Positions 21,101 through 31,569 are shown, numbered from the stretch's first letter. The stretch: DNA of 64,000 nt from Planctomycetota bacterium (GCA_039796955.1 JBDKIW010000227.1:5405-69404); one strand, 5' to 3'. The notes: a model not told the origin generated them from the sequence alone. Numbers and translations: made by a program.

Positions 21101-22445
21101 CGGTGCCGTGTTGCAGGTCGCGGAAAACCAGGTGGTGAAGCCTGGCGACGTACTTTGCAACTGGGATCCGCACGCCATTCCGATTATTGCTCAGATGGGC
21201 GGTCGTGTTCGGCTGGAAGACTGCGTTGAGGGGCAGTCGATCCGTGTGGAACGTGAGGGATCGGGTACGATGCGTCGTACTGTGATCGAGCACAAGTCGG
21301 GGCTGCATCCGCAGGTAGTCGTGGAGGACGGCAGCGGAAGAATTCTGGACTTCTACTACCTGCCGGAAGGTGCGAGTATCGAAGTTGAGGACGGCGGGCA
21401 GGTCTCTGCTGGTGCCGTAGTTGCCAAGACACCTCGTGAGTCAACTGGTACTCAGGACATTACTGGAGGTCTTCCACGGGTTACGGAGCTGTTTGAAGCC
21501 CGTAAACCGAAGGACCCCGCGGTTGTCGCCGAGATTGATGGCGAAGTCGAGTTGCCGGCGGAGAAAAAACGCGGCAAGCGAATTGTGATTGTGAAAGGTG
21601 CTGATGGCTCTGAGGTTGAGCACGTGATTCCTCACGGTAAGGACCTGCAGGTCCATTCCGGAGACCATGTCAAAGCCGGAGATGCTCTGGTGCGAGGACC
21701 CCTCGTGCCTCAGGACATTCTTCGCGTCAGCGGGCCGGAAGAAGTTCAGCAATATCTGTTGCATGAGATCCAGAACGTCTATCGGGCTCAGCGAGTTGAA
21801 ATTGACGACAAGCATATTGAGATTGTCGTGTCTCAAATGCTTCGCAAGGTCCGGGTGGACAGTGTTGGAGACACGGATCTGCTGCCGGGCCTGTTGGTCG
21901 ACAAGTTTGAGTTGAAGAAGATCAATGACGGACTTGAATCGAAGGGTCGGATCACTGATCCGGGTGGGTCAGACTTCGAAATCGGTGACAAAGTCTTGTT
22001 GACTGATATCGAGGAAGTGAACCGGGAATTGAGCCGACCGATTAAGTACACGTCGCTGCGAAGGGCCAAAGCAAGTCCTCAGTTACTGGGGATTACCAAG
22101 GCGGCGGTGTCCAGCGAGAGTTTTATTTCCGCGGCGAGTTTCCAGGAGACCACGAAGGTGCTGACGGAAGCGGCGCTGGGGGGCAAGGTCGACAGTCTGG
22201 TTGGTTTGAAGGAAAACGTGATCCTCGGGCATCTGATTCCGGCCGGTACAGGGTTCCACCTGCATCAGGACGCACAGGTACGAATTCACGATTCTGCGTT
22301 GCGTGAACAGGAAGAGCAGAAAGCTCGAATCGCAGCAGCGCGGAAGGACATGATGGGGTCTGGCGAATTGCAGGCGAGACGCGTCGATCCGGATCGTCCG
22401 GCGGCACCGTCTTTGGCGGACCTCACTCCGGATGATCCGATGTAA
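18135..22445 (+). CDS. rpoC: DNA-directed RNA polymerase subunit beta-prime
   Basis: Zinc motif [20 protein letters not shown] and catalytic [12 protein letters not shown] start. Confidence 0.98.
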   Translation: MSVSEGTFDRVNDYAAVKISLASPHDIRSWSFGEVKKPETINYRTYRPERDGLFCERIFGPEKDWECACGKYRGMKYKGMICDRCGVKVTHSRVRRKRMGHIELAAPVVHIWFFKSMPSRLGALLNMKTTSLEKVIYFQDYVVIDPGETPLKQCQMLTEEEARQARRDYGDGNFEIGMGAEAIKKLLASMRLVELSGELRGELGKASQSRSKDLIKRLKIVEALRDSANRPEWMVLDVIPVIPPDLRPLVLLDSGNFATSDLNDLYRRIINRNNRLKKLVDLNAPEVIVRNEKRMLQQSVDALFDNNRCKRPVLGSSNRPLKSLTDMIKGKQGRFRENLLGKRVDYSARSVIVVGPDLKLHQCGLPKKIALELFQPFVIRRLKDLGHADTIKSAKRMLERRDEDVWDILDEVIRNHPVLLNRAPTLHRIGIQAFEPVLVEGNAIRLHPLVCKGFNADFDGDQMAVHLPLSMEAQVEATTLMMSTHNIFSPANGAPIISASQDIVMGCFYQTVKKPDRPGHGMIFASVEEVFMAFQQGKVNRHATIRLRLPRGKRVKGEDAEKFRSGGLVETSPGRVFFNDVLPKKMAFYNQTLGSKDLARVISDCYLELGRRETIELLDRMKSLGFRTSTESGLSFGVSDLCTAPNKDKEIAESEKAVLRLMKLFERGVITNLERYNKVLETWTHARESITKSMMERLKDDVRHGGAYVNPIYLMAQSGARGGVGQIQQLAGMRGLMAKPSGEIIETPIKSNFREGLSVLEYFSSTHGARKGLADTALKTADSGYLTRKLADICQNMVVTCNDCGTTKGITRGVVYRGEKVEVSLADAIRGRVSRTNIVNLITEEAIVREGEMITVERARKIEEMGLERIQVRSPMTCEAPLGLCQLCYGMDLSTGDLVELGLAVGIIAAQSIGEPGTQLTMRTFHMGGVGTTAVEESELIAKRGGQVRFTRIRSVINAEGRQVVLGRNGEIAIVDDRGREVETQRLPNGAVLQVAENQVVKPGDVLCNWDPHAIPIIAQMGGRVRLEDCVEGQSIRVEREGSGTMRRTVIEHKSGLHPQVVVEDGSGRILDFYYLPEGASIEVEDGGQVSAGAVVAKTPRESTGTQDITGGLPRVTELFEARKPKDPAVVAEIDGEVELPAEKKRGKRIVIVKGADGSEVEHVIPHGKDLQVHSGDHVKAGDALVRGPLVPQDILRVSGPEEVQQYLLHEIQNVYRAQRVEIDDKHIEIVVSQMLRKVRVDSVGDTDLLPGLLVDKFELKKINDGLESKGRITDPGGSDFEIGDKVLLTDIEEVNRELSRPIKYTSLRRAKASPQLLGITKAAVSSESFISAASFQETTKVLTEAALGGKVDSLVGLKENVILGHLIPAGTGFHLHQDAQVRIHDSALREQEEQKARIAAARKDMMGSGELQARRVDPDRPAAPSLADLTPDDPM

Positions 22446-22563
22446 CGGCCTGAATTCCTCGCGGGGCTGCTTTTTAGGGGCGATTTCGGCGAGGAATGCA
22501 GGAATTGAGCCGGATGAGGGAAGTTGGATTCTCCGGCAATACGATGAACGGCCGAGTGAAAGG

Positions 22564-22592
22564 TTGACGATCATCGGAAACAAGGTTACACT
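22564..22592 (+). promoter_or_regulatory. Candidate sigma-70 promoter for rpsL-rpsG(-fusA)
   Basis: ttgacg, 17-nt spacer, tacact. It lies about 75 nt upstream of the rpsL ATG. Confidence 0.4.
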
Positions 22593-22666
22593 CACCTGTT
22601 TCCCCTTTTTGCGGTCGATACCGCCAAAAGTATCTTGTTTTTCTGAATTTTGCGTTTTGGCGACTT

Positions 22667-23080
22667 ATGCCCACGATAAATCAACTCATTCGGAAGCCAC
22701 GGAAACAGCAGTCTTCGAAGTCGAAGTCACCGGTTCTGGAGGGATGTCCTCAGAAGCGTGGTGTCTGTTTGCAGGTGAAGACGGTGACTCCGAAGAAGCC
22801 GAACTCGGCGTTGCGAAAGGTTGCGAGAGTACGTCTCTCCAACAGCAAAGAAATCACGGCATACATTCCTGGTGAAGGGCACAACCTGCAGGAGCACTCG
22901 ATTGTGCTTGTGCGTGGTGGTCGTGTTCGCGACCTTCCCGGGGTGCGTTACAAGATTATTCGTGGCGTTCTTGATACGCTTGGGGTTTCGGATCGTAAGC
23001 AGGCTCGCAGCTGCTACGGTGCAAAGCGTCCCAAGGGTGGCGCTGCCGCTGCTGCTGCGGCCGGCAAGAAGAAAAAGTAG
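22667..23080 (+). CDS. rpsL: 30S ribosomal protein S12
   Basis: [33 protein letters not shown], plus a C-terminal tail [14 protein letters not shown]. Confidence 0.97.
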   Translation: MPTINQLIRKPRKQQSSKSKSPVLEGCPQKRGVCLQVKTVTPKKPNSALRKVARVRLSNSKEITAYIPGEGHNLQEHSIVLVRGGRVRDLPGVRYKIIRGVLDTLGVSDRKQARSCYGAKRPKGGAAAAAAAGKKKK

Positions 23081-23151
23081 GTTGGGCCGGCCGGTGGTGT
23101 CAGCTGGCGTGTCTGTTTGAAGTCAGGTTTCGTGTTTGAGAGTCACGTGAG

Positions 23152-23625
23152 ATGGTTAAGAAGTTTACGGCCAGTCAGGATCAGTTAAAGCCGGATACCC
23201 GGTTTAACAGCATTCTTGTCTCCAAGTTCATCAACTGCCTGATGTACGATGGTAAGAAGAGTGTGGCGATGGGTGCGTTCTATCGTGCCATGGACATCGT
23301 AAAGAAGCAGTTGCCGAACGAAGATCCATTGAATGTGTTCGTTTCGGCAGTGGACAACGTGAAGCCTGCGATCGAGGTTCGTTCCAAGCGAGTGGGCGGT
23401 GCGACCTACCAGGTGCCGACGCCTGTGAATCCGCGTCGTCAGCAGGCGCTATCAATTCGTTGGATTCTGGAGGCTGTTCGTGGTCGCAAGGGGCGTCCGG
23501 TGGACAAGTCTCTGGCTGAGGAGTTCCTGGCTGCTTTCCGTCGGGAAGGTGCTGCGATGAACAAGCGGGAAAACGTGCACAGGATGGCGGACGCCAACAA
23601 GGCATTCTCGCACTTTGCGTGGTAG
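23152..23625 (+). CDS. rpsG: 30S ribosomal protein S7
   Basis: The motif [16 protein letters not shown] and the gene order. Confidence 0.97.
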   Translation: MVKKFTASQDQLKPDTRFNSILVSKFINCLMYDGKKSVAMGAFYRAMDIVKKQLPNEDPLNVFVSAVDNVKPAIEVRSKRVGGATYQVPTPVNPRRQQALSIRWILEAVRGRKGRPVDKSLAEEFLAAFRREGAAMNKRENVHRMADANKAFSHFAW

Positions 23626-23648
23626 CACGTTGTGTGGTGATCATCAGG

Positions 23649-23690
23649 ACGCCAAACGGCCCTTTTGGGGTTTGTTTGGCGTTTTTTTTT
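23649..23690 (+). terminator. Strong intrinsic-terminator-like hairpin between rpsG and fusA
   Basis: A perfect 9-bp outer stem acgccaaac / gtttggcgt with inner ccc-tttt-ggg pairing, followed by a run of nine T. Confidence 0.6.
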
Positions 23691-23725
23691 AATCAGTGAG
23701 ATGCATTTTTGGCTCGGTGGTAGTC

Positions 23726-25807
23726 ATGGCTCGTTCAATTGAGACGATTCGGAACATCGGCATCATTGCTCATATTGATGCGGGAAAGACGACAACGACA
23801 GAGCGGATTCTGTACTACGCGGGTGCCTCCCATCGGATGGGCAACGTGGATGACGGCACGACCCAGACGGACTTTGATCCCGAGGAGGCGCAGCGCGGGA
23901 TCACCATCTACTCGGCGGCGGTGACGTGTCAGTGGAAGGGCACCACAATCAACATCATTGACACTCCGGGGCACGTTGACTTTACCGCTGAGGTCGAACG
24001 AAGTTTGCGAGTGTTGGACGGGGCAGTGGTGATCTTCAGTGCGGTGGAGGGTGTGGAAGCCCAGAGCGAGACAGTGTGGCGGCAGGCGAATCGATACCGT
24101 GTTCCTCGGATGTGCTTCATCAATAAGATGGATCGGATTGGGGCGGGGTTTGACCGGGTTCTGAACCAGATTCGCGACCGCCTGAAGGCGAGGCCCGTAC
24201 CACTGCAGATTCCGATTGGGTCTGGTCCGTCGACAAATGCGGATGGGTTTCGTGGGGTAATCGACCTGATCACCATGCAGGCGCTGTACTGGGATCCGGC
24301 AACTCGAGGCGAGCGTTTTGATGCCGTGGAAATCCCGGAGCAGTACCGCGACGACGCCGAGCTTTGGCGAGGGGAAATGCTTGATGCCCTTTCGCTTTAC
24401 GATGAGGAGCTGATGGTTGCCTGCATGGAGGCAACACCGGTACCTGCGGGGATTGTTTATCGGGCTGTGCGGCGAGCAACGCTGGCCGGGGAAATCCAGG
24501 CGGTGCTGTGCGGAGCTTCTCTTGACTACATTGGCGTTCAGCCGGTGTTGGACGCGGTCATGGAGTATCTGCCGAGCCCGGTGGATCGTCCTCCTGTTGA
24601 GGGGACAGTGCCGTCGGGAAAGCAGGAGGGCACACTGGTGCAGCGAGGGGCGTCGGCCAAAGAGCCTGTTTGTGCACTGATTTTCAAGGTGCAGGCTGAA
24701 CAGCACGGAGACCTGTATTTCGCCAGAGTGTATTCGGGCGTGCTGACGGGGAACTCCAAATTGCTGAACCCACGACTTGGCAAGAAGGAAATGGTCACCC
24801 AGTTATGGCACATCCAATCGGATTCTCGTGAGAAAGTGGAAACCGTAGAAGCGGGAGATATTTGTGGGATTGTTGGGCCCCGTGATTCAGCGACCGGGGA
24901 CACTCTCTGCGATCCTCAGTCGCCTGTGGCACTGGAATCGATCACATTCCCGGAGACCGTGATCTCGATGGCGATTGAGCCGGAATCGAGTTCCGACCGT
25001 AAGAAACTGGAAGACACACTCCGGCGTTTGGAAAAGCAGGACCCCACATTCCGGGTCAAGGCTAACTCGGAAACGGGTCAAACGATTATCGGGGGCATGG
25101 GTGAACTGCACCTGGAAATCATCCGTAACCGGATGCAGCGCGACTTTAACCTCAAAGTGCGGTTTCACAAGCCCCGTGTCAGCTACCGTGAGAAGCTGCT
25201 CGGTCAGATTCAGGTGGATGAGCAATTCGCCCGCCAGTTGCCGTCTGGGGGGATTGGGTTTGGGTTGACGCTGACTGCCCGGGAACTGCCGGATTTGAGT
25301 GCGGGGATTGTGGTAGATCACACGATTGGCCCGGACGCCATGCCGAAGCAGATGCTGCAGATTCTGCTGGAATCGGTTCAAAAGGAAGCTGAGGCCGGCG
25401 GTGTCTATGGACACCCCATTATGGCACTGGGCTTGACGATCACCGGTGTCAGCTTCCGTGAGGGTGAGAGTTCGGAAGTGGCAATCCGGATGGCGGCCGC
25501 CGAGGCATTTCGGAAGGTCCGCACTGAGGGTCAGATGGCGATTCTGGAACCAGTGATGCTGCTTGAGGTCACGACCCCTGAAGATTTTCTCGGAAATATT
25601 CAATCCGACTTGAACTCGCGTCGGGCGATGATTGTGAATTCGGACCGCCGTGGGGATCTGTGTGTACTGCAGTGCGAGGTCCCACTGGTGGAAATGTTTG
25701 GGTATTCCAATCAGGTCAGGAGTCTGTCGCAGGGGCGAGCCTCATACTCCATGGAACCCTGCCGGTACGAAATTGCTCCTCCATCAGTAGCAGAACGCAT
25801 GAGTTAG
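23726..25807 (+). CDS. fusA: Elongation factor G (divergent type)
   Basis: [21 protein letters not shown] and GELHLEI motifs. ATG 23726 ([13 protein letters not shown]) lies within ORF 23696..25807. Confidence 0.93.
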   Translation: MARSIETIRNIGIIAHIDAGKTTTTERILYYAGASHRMGNVDDGTTQTDFDPEEAQRGITIYSAAVTCQWKGTTINIIDTPGHVDFTAEVERSLRVLDGAVVIFSAVEGVEAQSETVWRQANRYRVPRMCFINKMDRIGAGFDRVLNQIRDRLKARPVPLQIPIGSGPSTNADGFRGVIDLITMQALYWDPATRGERFDAVEIPEQYRDDAELWRGEMLDALSLYDEELMVACMEATPVPAGIVYRAVRRATLAGEIQAVLCGASLDYIGVQPVLDAVMEYLPSPVDRPPVEGTVPSGKQEGTLVQRGASAKEPVCALIFKVQAEQHGDLYFARVYSGVLTGNSKLLNPRLGKKEMVTQLWHIQSDSREKVETVEAGDICGIVGPRDSATGDTLCDPQSPVALESITFPETVISMAIEPESSSDRKKLEDTLRRLEKQDPTFRVKANSETGQTIIGGMGELHLEIIRNRMQRDFNLKVRFHKPRVSYREKLLGQIQVDEQFARQLPSGGIGFGLTLTARELPDLSAGIVVDHTIGPDAMPKQMLQILLESVQKEAEAGGVYGHPIMALGLTITGVSFREGESSEVAIRMAAAEAFRKVRTEGQMAILEPVMLLEVTTPEDFLGNIQSDLNSRRAMIVNSDRRGDLCVLQCEVPLVEMFGYSNQVRSLSQGRASYSMEPCRYEIAPPSVAERMS

Positions 25808-25860
25808 CTGAAGTTTCCCGCCTGATCTGACGAAAGAGATGATTTCTCGGTCGACTCTGG

Positions 25861-25889
25861 TTGACATAAACACCGGGACTCATTAAAAT
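25861..25889 (+). promoter_or_regulatory. Candidate sigma-70 promoter for the S10 operon
   Basis: ttgaca, 17-nt spacer, taaaat. It lies about 64 nt upstream of the rpsJ start. Confidence 0.45.
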
Positions 25890-25952
25890 CCGCGATTCCC
25901 CTCAGTTGGGGTCGTTGTCTACTCACAATATCTTAGCTCAAGGTGACTTGCG

Positions 25953-26282
25953 GTGGCTGGCGCTGGTGAAGAATGCATCCGGATACGGATGGAAGCTTAC
26001 GACCACTCTGTATTGGATCAGTCGGCGGCTGAAATTGTGGACACTGCAAAGAGAACCGGGGCGATTGTCCATGGTCCTGTGCCGTTGCCGACTCGTATAG
26101 AGCGATACACGGTTCTTCGGAGCCCTCACATCGATAAGAAGTCGCGGGAGCAGTTCGAGATTCGGACGCACAAGCGGCTCATCGACATTATTCAGCCCAC
26201 TGGAAAGACGGTGGATGCTCTGAATAAGCTTTCGTTGCCTGCGGGGGTGGATATCAAGATTAAGGCGACAGCCACGGCCTGA
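25953..26282 (+). CDS. rpsJ: 30S ribosomal protein S10
   Basis: [41 protein letters not shown] start. Confidence 0.93.
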   Translation: MAGAGEECIRIRMEAYDHSVLDQSAAEIVDTAKRTGAIVHGPVPLPTRIERYTVLRSPHIDKKSREQFEIRTHKRLIDIIQPTGKTVDALNKLSLPAGVDIKIKATATA

Positions 26283-26362
26283 GTTGTGCAGGATCGTTCT
26301 TGATACTGGTTGGCTGCGGGGCGTTTTTGCTTTCTCTTTCGTTTTGCGCGCAGGTGCGGGCT

Positions 26363-27046
26363 ATGTCTGTTGGGCTCCTTGGTAAAAAAATTGGCATGAC
26401 TCAGGTCTATGATTCCGATGGGGTCATTGTTCCTGTGACATTGATCGAGGCTGGGCCTTGCGTTGTGTTGCAGGTTCGGACTCAGGAGCGTGACGGCTAC
26501 GACGCTGTGCAGTTGGGCTTCGGTGATCGACCGCGTGGCAAGGCATCTCGAGCTGAGCGTGGCCACGTGGCGGCTCTGAATGGTCGTCGTCAGCGTGGTA
26601 AGGCGGCCGGGGCTGCTGTGCCCAAGGCAGAATGTGAGCCAAAACAGTGGATCCGGGAATTCCGTGTTCCGGCGGGGCATGGTTACACGGTCGGGCAGCA
26701 GCTTGGCCCTGCATCCCTTGAGGGTGTTCAGTGGGTTGATGTAATTGGTGTGACGCGTGGTCGCGGCTTCTCTGGTGCCATGAGAAGGCACAACTTCAGC
26801 GGCCAGCCAGCGAGTCATGGTGCCAAGCGTGTTCATCGCAAGCCGGGTTCTATTGGCGCCAGTGCGGATCCCTCGCGGGTTCTGCCGGGGACTCGGATGC
26901 CGGGCCATTATGGTTGTGAGCAGGTTACATCTCGCAACCTGAAGGTTGTTCGGCTTGATGGTGAATCCAATGTGGTATTGGTCCGTGGTGCAGTCCCGGG
27001 GCCAAGTGGCTCGTTCGTTGTGATCCGTCGGTCTGTAAAAAACTGA
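26363..27046 (+). CDS. rplC: 50S ribosomal protein L3
   Basis: The N-terminus MSVGLLGKKIGMTQVYD is canonical for L3. The ATG at 26363 lies within ORF 26300..27046. Confidence 0.93.
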   Translation: MSVGLLGKKIGMTQVYDSDGVIVPVTLIEAGPCVVLQVRTQERDGYDAVQLGFGDRPRGKASRAERGHVAALNGRRQRGKAAGAAVPKAECEPKQWIREFRVPAGHGYTVGQQLGPASLEGVQWVDVIGVTRGRGFSGAMRRHNFSGQPASHGAKRVHRKPGSIGASADPSRVLPGTRMPGHYGCEQVTSRNLKVVRLDGESNVVLVRGAVPGPSGSFVVIRRSVKN

Positions 27047-27065
27047 TTAAACGGTTGGTGTTTCA

Positions 27066-27692
27066 ATGATTTCTGTACCAATTCGGGACATGTCGGGCAG
27101 CGAATGCGGCGTTTTTACGTTCGAGCCTGCAGAGATTGCTGATAGTATTTGCAAGCAGCTTCTCCATGACGCCGTCGTGATGTATCGCGCCAACCGTCGA
27201 GTTGGTGAGGTGCAGAACAAGTCGCGTGGCATGGTGGCGGGTAGCACTCGCAAGTTGTTCAAGCAGAAGGGCACTGGAAGGGCTCGTATGGGTCCGATTC
27301 GTAGCCCGATCCGTCGTGGCGGTGGCCGTGCATTTGCAAAGACTCCGCGTGATTTCTACTACCGGATGCCCCGCAAGGCAGTCCGCAAGGCCATGCGGAT
27401 GGCGTTGTTGAGCAAGTTTGAGGATTCTCAGGCGGTTGTGCTGCAGAAATGGGAGTGTCCTCAGATCCGCACACGCGTTGTCGCATCGTTCCTCAAATCC
27501 TGTGGTCTCAGTGGAAAGACGGTTTTGCTCGCCACTGAGGGCGTGGATCAGAACGTATGGCGATCCGCTCGGAATATCGAGGGTGTGATGGTGTTGCCGG
27601 GGTCAGACCTGAACGCCTTTGCGCTTTTGCGTCAGCGGCATTTGGTAATCACTGTGGGTGAAATGAATCGCATCCTTGGGCGTCAAGCGTAG
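27066..27692 (+). CDS. rplD: 50S ribosomal protein L4
   Basis: The motif KQKGTGRARMGPIRSPIRRGGG and the gene order. Confidence 0.9.
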   Translation: MISVPIRDMSGSECGVFTFEPAEIADSICKQLLHDAVVMYRANRRVGEVQNKSRGMVAGSTRKLFKQKGTGRARMGPIRSPIRRGGGRAFAKTPRDFYYRMPRKAVRKAMRMALLSKFEDSQAVVLQKWECPQIRTRVVASFLKSCGLSGKTVLLATEGVDQNVWRSARNIEGVMVLPGSDLNAFALLRQRHLVITVGEMNRILGRQA

Positions 27693-27703
27693 TTTGGTGA
27701 TCT

Positions 27704-28012
27704 ATGAGCAGGGTAGCAGAGTCAGGTGTAGAGGTTGATCCGCATCAAGTGATTCGGAAGCCGTTGGTGACTGAGAAGGGTGCGTTTCTGAGCGAAGCTC
27801 TGAACTCGTATTCGTTCGAAGTGCATCCTTTGGCGACAAAGACGGACATTAAGCTGGCCGTTGAAAAGCTGTTCAGTGTGCGGGTGGAGGCTGTGCGAAC
27901 GCAGACTCGCGTGGGCAAGCCACGAAGGCACAAGTTTTTCGCCGGTCGTACGAGAAACTGGAAGAAGGCGATCGTCAAGTTGCATGCGGACGATCGGATT
28001 GCGTTCTTTTAA
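27704..28012 (+). CDS. rplW: 50S ribosomal protein L23
   Basis: VIRKPLVTEKG..FEVHPLATKTDIKLAVEKLF and the gene order. Confidence 0.9.
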   Translation: MSRVAESGVEVDPHQVIRKPLVTEKGAFLSEALNSYSFEVHPLATKTDIKLAVEKLFSVRVEAVRTQTRVGKPRRHKFFAGRTRNWKKAIVKLHADDRIAFF

Positions 28013-28067
28013 GATGACCGTGGCGGGGACCTGAGCCGGCGAAGACAAGTTTGAGCGGAAACGATTT

Positions 28068-28925
28068 ATGGGACTTCGATTTTACAAGCCAGTGACACCC
28101 GGGCGACGTGGCGCGTCTGTCAGTGATTTTTCTGAGATCACCGACCGCCGCAAGCGGCCGGAGAAAGAACTTGTGGTCCGCTATAAGAAAAAAGGCGGGC
28201 GCAATAATCAGGGGAAGATTACGGCTAAGCACCGAGGTGGCGGGCACAAGCGTCTGTATCGTATCATCGACTTCAAGCGGGATAAAGACGGCGTTGTTGG
28301 GACTGTTACGCACATTGAGTACGATCCCAACCGGAGCTGCCGGATTGCCCTGGTGGAGTATGCTGACGGCGAGAAGCGCTACATCATAGCTGCTGAAGGG
28401 CTCAAGGCTGGTGCGGCTGTCGAGAGTGGCCTCGGCATCGAGCCGAATGTTGGTAATTGCATGCCGCTGAGCGCCGTGCCGCTGGGTACGATGGTACACA
28501 ACATTGAGATGCAACCGGGCCGCGGCGGTCAGTTGTGCAGAAGCGCGGGGATGGGGGCCACGTTGAACGCCCGAGATGGGCGTTGGGCTCAGATCACCTT
28601 GCCAAGCGGCGAAGTACGGCGAGTTCCCAGCACCTGCCGCGCGACAATCGGCGTGGTGGGTAACTCCGAGCACAGCAGCGTTGTGATTGGGAAAGCCGGA
28701 CGAAATCGTTGGAAGGGAATTCGGCCGAGGGTTCGCGGAACAGCGATGAATCCTGTCGCTCACCCGATGGGTGGTGGTGAAGGTCGAAACTCCGGGGGGC
28801 GTCATCCCTGTTCGCCCAAGGGTTTGCTCTCCAAGGGTGGTCGGACGAGAAATCGGAAAAAAGCATCAGGGAAGGCGATCATTCGCCGTCGAATTTCTGT
28901 ACGCTACGGCGAAGTGAAACTGTAA
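28068..28925 (+). CDS. rplB: 50S ribosomal protein L2
   Basis: The motifs [10 protein letters not shown] and [16 protein letters not shown]. Confidence 0.97.
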   Translation: MGLRFYKPVTPGRRGASVSDFSEITDRRKRPEKELVVRYKKKGGRNNQGKITAKHRGGGHKRLYRIIDFKRDKDGVVGTVTHIEYDPNRSCRIALVEYADGEKRYIIAAEGLKAGAAVESGLGIEPNVGNCMPLSAVPLGTMVHNIEMQPGRGGQLCRSAGMGATLNARDGRWAQITLPSGEVRRVPSTCRATIGVVGNSEHSSVVIGKAGRNRWKGIRPRVRGTAMNPVAHPMGGGEGRNSGGRHPCSPKGLLSKGGRTRNRKKASGKAIIRRRISVRYGEVKL

Positions 28926-28949
28926 GTTTGGATTCGGGAAGGGTTTTAG

Positions 28950-29219
28950 ATGGGTCGCTCGCTTAAGAAGGGTCCTTTTGTTGACCCACGACTTCTCGAG
29001 AAGGTTGAGAAGTTGAACGAGTCCGGACGCAAGGAACCGGTGAAAACGTGGGCACGTCGTTGCACAATTTCTCCGGAATTCGTTGGGCATACCTTCCTGG
29101 TTCATAACGGAAGGGCCCACATCAGTGTGTACGTAACAGAGGACATGGTAGGTCACAAGTTGGGAGAGTTCTCTGCGACTCGTACTTTTCGTGGCCACGG
29201 TTCAAAGGGTAAGAAGTAA
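28950..29219 (+). CDS. rpsS: 30S ribosomal protein S19
   Basis: [30 protein letters not shown]. Confidence 0.97.
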   Translation: MGRSLKKGPFVDPRLLEKVEKLNESGRKEPVKTWARRCTISPEFVGHTFLVHNGRAHISVYVTEDMVGHKLGEFSATRTFRGHGSKGKK

Positions 29220-29221
29220 TC

Positions 29222-29566
29222 ATGGGCGCAGTCAGTGCTACTCATCAGTATGCTCGCATTTCGGCGACGAAGGTGCGGCCGTTTGCGGACTTGATTCGTG
29301 GAAAGACCGCCCGACAGGGGCTCAACGCGCTCGCGTATGAGCCGAACCGTGGGGCGCGGTTTCTTGAAAAAGTGCTGCGTAGTGCGATCGCTAATGCAGA
29401 GGATCGTGGTGTTCGTAATCCAGACCGCCTGAAGATTTCCGAGGCGCGGGTGGATGGCGGCCCGATGTTCAAGCGAGTGCACGCGAGAGCTCGAGGGATG
29501 GCGAATTTGATTCGTCGACGCACCGCACACATTCATGTGTCAGTCGACGCACCCGAGTTGGGATAG
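29222..29566 (+). CDS. rplV: 50S ribosomal protein L22
   Basis: ARISATKVRPFADLIRGK and the gene order. Confidence 0.93.
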   Translation: MGAVSATHQYARISATKVRPFADLIRGKTARQGLNALAYEPNRGARFLEKVLRSAIANAEDRGVRNPDRLKISEARVDGGPMFKRVHARARGMANLIRRRTAHIHVSVDAPELG

Positions 29567-29595
29567 GTTTCAATCTGCGAGTTTGAGGACTAGCA

Positions 29596-30297
29596 ATGGG
29601 TCAGAAGGTACGGCCAACAGGGTTCAGAATCGGCGTCATGGAGACATGGCGCAGTCGCTGGTACGCGCCGAAGCGGGAGTTCGGGGATTTACTCCTTGAG
29701 GACCACAAGATCAGGCACTTCGTAGCCACGAAGTATGCCTTCGCGGAGATCGCTCGCGTTGAGATTGAGCGAACGCGTGATCAGGTAGTGGTGCACATGC
29801 ATACGGCCCGACCCGGGGTGATCATCGGGCGGAAGGGTCAGGAGATCGACAAGCTGAAGGCTGAGCTCGAGGACCTGACGGGCAGACGGATGGATGTTAA
29901 GATCATTGAGATCGCGAATCCGAACCGGAATGCCAACCTTGTGGCGCTCAAGATCGCTCAGCAACTTGAGAAGCGAGGCAGCTTCCGCAGGGCGATCAAG
30001 AAAACGCTCGACGAGGTGATGAGCTCGGGTGTTGAGGGAGTGAAGATTCAGATGTCTGGTCGTCTTGGCGGTGCTGAGATGTCCCGGACTGAGAAGGCGA
30101 GTCGCGGCTCGATTCCTCTCTCCACATTGCGAAGGCACATCGAGTATGGGTTTGCCCAATCGAAGACTGCGATGGGTATTATTGGTGTAAAAGTGTGGAT
30201 CGATTTGGGCGACTATTCAACCGAGGAGTCTGCAGATGGCTCTAATGCCAAAGCGGGTCAAGCATCGAAAAAGCCAAAGAGGACGTATAAAAGGTAA
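29596..30297 (+). CDS. rpsC: 30S ribosomal protein S3
   Basis: MGQKVRPTGFRIG. and a KH domain. The basic C-terminal tail overlaps rplP. Confidence 0.95.
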   Translation: MGQKVRPTGFRIGVMETWRSRWYAPKREFGDLLLEDHKIRHFVATKYAFAEIARVEIERTRDQVVVHMHTARPGVIIGRKGQEIDKLKAELEDLTGRRMDVKIIEIANPNRNANLVALKIAQQLEKRGSFRRAIKKTLDEVMSSGVEGVKIQMSGRLGGAEMSRTEKASRGSIPLSTLRRHIEYGFAQSKTAMGIIGVKVWIDLGDYSTEESADGSNAKAGQASKKPKRTYKR

Positions 30298-30655
30298 CGC
30301 GACGCGTGGAAACACCGTTGTGTTCGGAGAGTGGGCATTGCAGTCGTTGGATGCTGGGCACGTTACGGGCCAGACAATCGAAGCATGCCGCATCGCCGCA
30401 AACCAATATGTCCGTGGTGAAGGGAAAGTTTTCATTCGCATTTTTCCGCAGAAGCCTGTCACGGCGCGACCGCTGGAAACGCGAATGGGTAAGGGTAAGG
30501 GCGAACCGGACCGGTGGGTGGCTGTCGTTAAGCCTGGCACGGTTCTGTTTGAGTTGGGCGGCGTCAGTCAGGACACCGCGAAGAGTTGTTTCAGCCGTGT
30601 CGCACACAAGTTGCCAATTCGGGTGAGGCTTGTCGGCCGTCGGCCAGAGATCTGA
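30236..30655 (+). CDS. rplP: 50S ribosomal protein L16
   Basis: MALMPKRVKHRKSQRGRIKG is a canonical L16 N-terminus. An alternative ATG is at 30245. Confidence 0.95.
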   Translation: MALMPKRVKHRKSQRGRIKGNATRGNTVVFGEWALQSLDAGHVTGQTIEACRIAANQYVRGEGKVFIRIFPQKPVTARPLETRMGKGKGEPDRWVAVVKPGTVLFELGGVSQDTAKSCFSRVAHKLPIRVRLVGRRPEI

Positions 30656-30670
30656 GAGTTGAGGTAGTGG

Positions 30671-30865
30671 ATGTCCAAAGCATCGTCAATTCGTGAATTG
30701 TCCAGCGAGCAGTTGGATCATGAGCTCCGCGGGGCTCAGGAGTCGTTGTTTCGGTTGCGTCTTCAGGCCGCGACTGAGCGTAACGATGTGCCGACGAACG
30801 CGAAGAAGCTGCGACGTAGGATTGCGCAGATCCTGACGGTTCGGCGTGAGCGTGAGCAATCCTAG
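30671..30865 (+). CDS. rpmC: 50S ribosomal protein L29
   Basis: Size, position and the ELR..S.EQL..EL pattern. Confidence 0.88.
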   Translation: MSKASSIRELSSEQLDHELRGAQESLFRLRLQAATERNDVPTNAKKLRRRIAQILTVRREREQS

Positions 30866-30910
30866 TTTGGCTGGTTTTGTTTTGTTCGGGCACTGAAGGT
30901 TTCGCAGGGT

Positions 30911-31168
30911 ATGAAGAAGACATTGATTGGAACGGTGGCAAGTGCTGGCTTGGCAAAGACTGTGCGCGTCGAGATCGACCGCAAGATGAAGCATGCCAAA
31001 TACGGGAAGATCATCCGTGGACGTACTGTGTGCCACGTGCATGACGAGTCGAACGTCGCTCGCAAGGGGGATGTGGTCGAGATTGAGGAAGCACCACCGA
31101 CCTCACGATTGAAACGGTGGAAACTGGTTCGAGTGGTGTCCACGGAAGTTTCAGGTTCTGCCGGTTGA
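30911..31168 (+). CDS. rpsQ: 30S ribosomal protein S17
   Basis: KTLIGTVAS..KTVRVEIDR..KHAKYGK pattern and the gene order. Confidence 0.9.
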   Translation: MKKTLIGTVASAGLAKTVRVEIDRKMKHAKYGKIIRGRTVCHVHDESNVARKGDVVEIEEAPPTSRLKRWKLVRVVSTEVSGSAG

Positions 31169-31200
31169 CCGCTGGGAAAAGCTTTGTTTAGGGTGCTCAG

Positions 31201-31569
31201 ATGATACAGATGCAAACGCTGCTCGATGTCGCGGACAATTCGGGAGCAAAGTCTGCTCGTTGCATTAAGGTGCTCGGTGGCACCAGGCGGCGTTACGCCA
31301 GCCTTGGTGACATCGTGGTGGTCAGCGTGCAGAAGAGCCTTGCGGGCAGTGCAATCAAGGCTGGTTCGGTGGTCAAGGGTGTTGTTGTACGAGTGAAGAA
31401 GTCGGCCCGTCGCCCTGACGGATCGTACGTCCGCTTCGATCGGAACGCGATCGTCATCGTCGACAATGATGGGAATCCCAAGGGGACTCGTATTTTCGGA
31501 GCGGTGGCTCGTGAATTGCGAGACCGTAAGTTCATGAAGATTGTGTCGCTGGCGAGCGAAGTTGTCTGA
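31201..31569 (+). CDS. rplN: 50S ribosomal protein L14
   Basis: The N-terminus [17 protein letters not shown] and the C-terminus [13 protein letters not shown]. Confidence 0.97.
   Translation: MIQMQTLLDVADNSGAKSARCIKVLGGTRRRYASLGDIVVVSVQKSLAGSAIKAGSVVKGVVVRVKKSARRPDGSYVRFDRNAIVIVDNDGNPKGTRIFGAVARELRDRKFMKIVSLASEVV

Noticed and set aside
19848-21308. 486-aa ORF antisense to rpoC, with similar antisense ORFs at 16783..17355 and 17374..18132 opposite rpoB
   Set aside because: These are shadow ORFs of highly conserved genes. Their composition is low-complexity and Arg/Leu/His-rich, and no start context is evident.
23735-24706. 323-aa ORF antisense to fusA
   Set aside because: Same reasoning. 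It is a mirror-frame artefact in a stop-codon-poor, GC-biased coding region.
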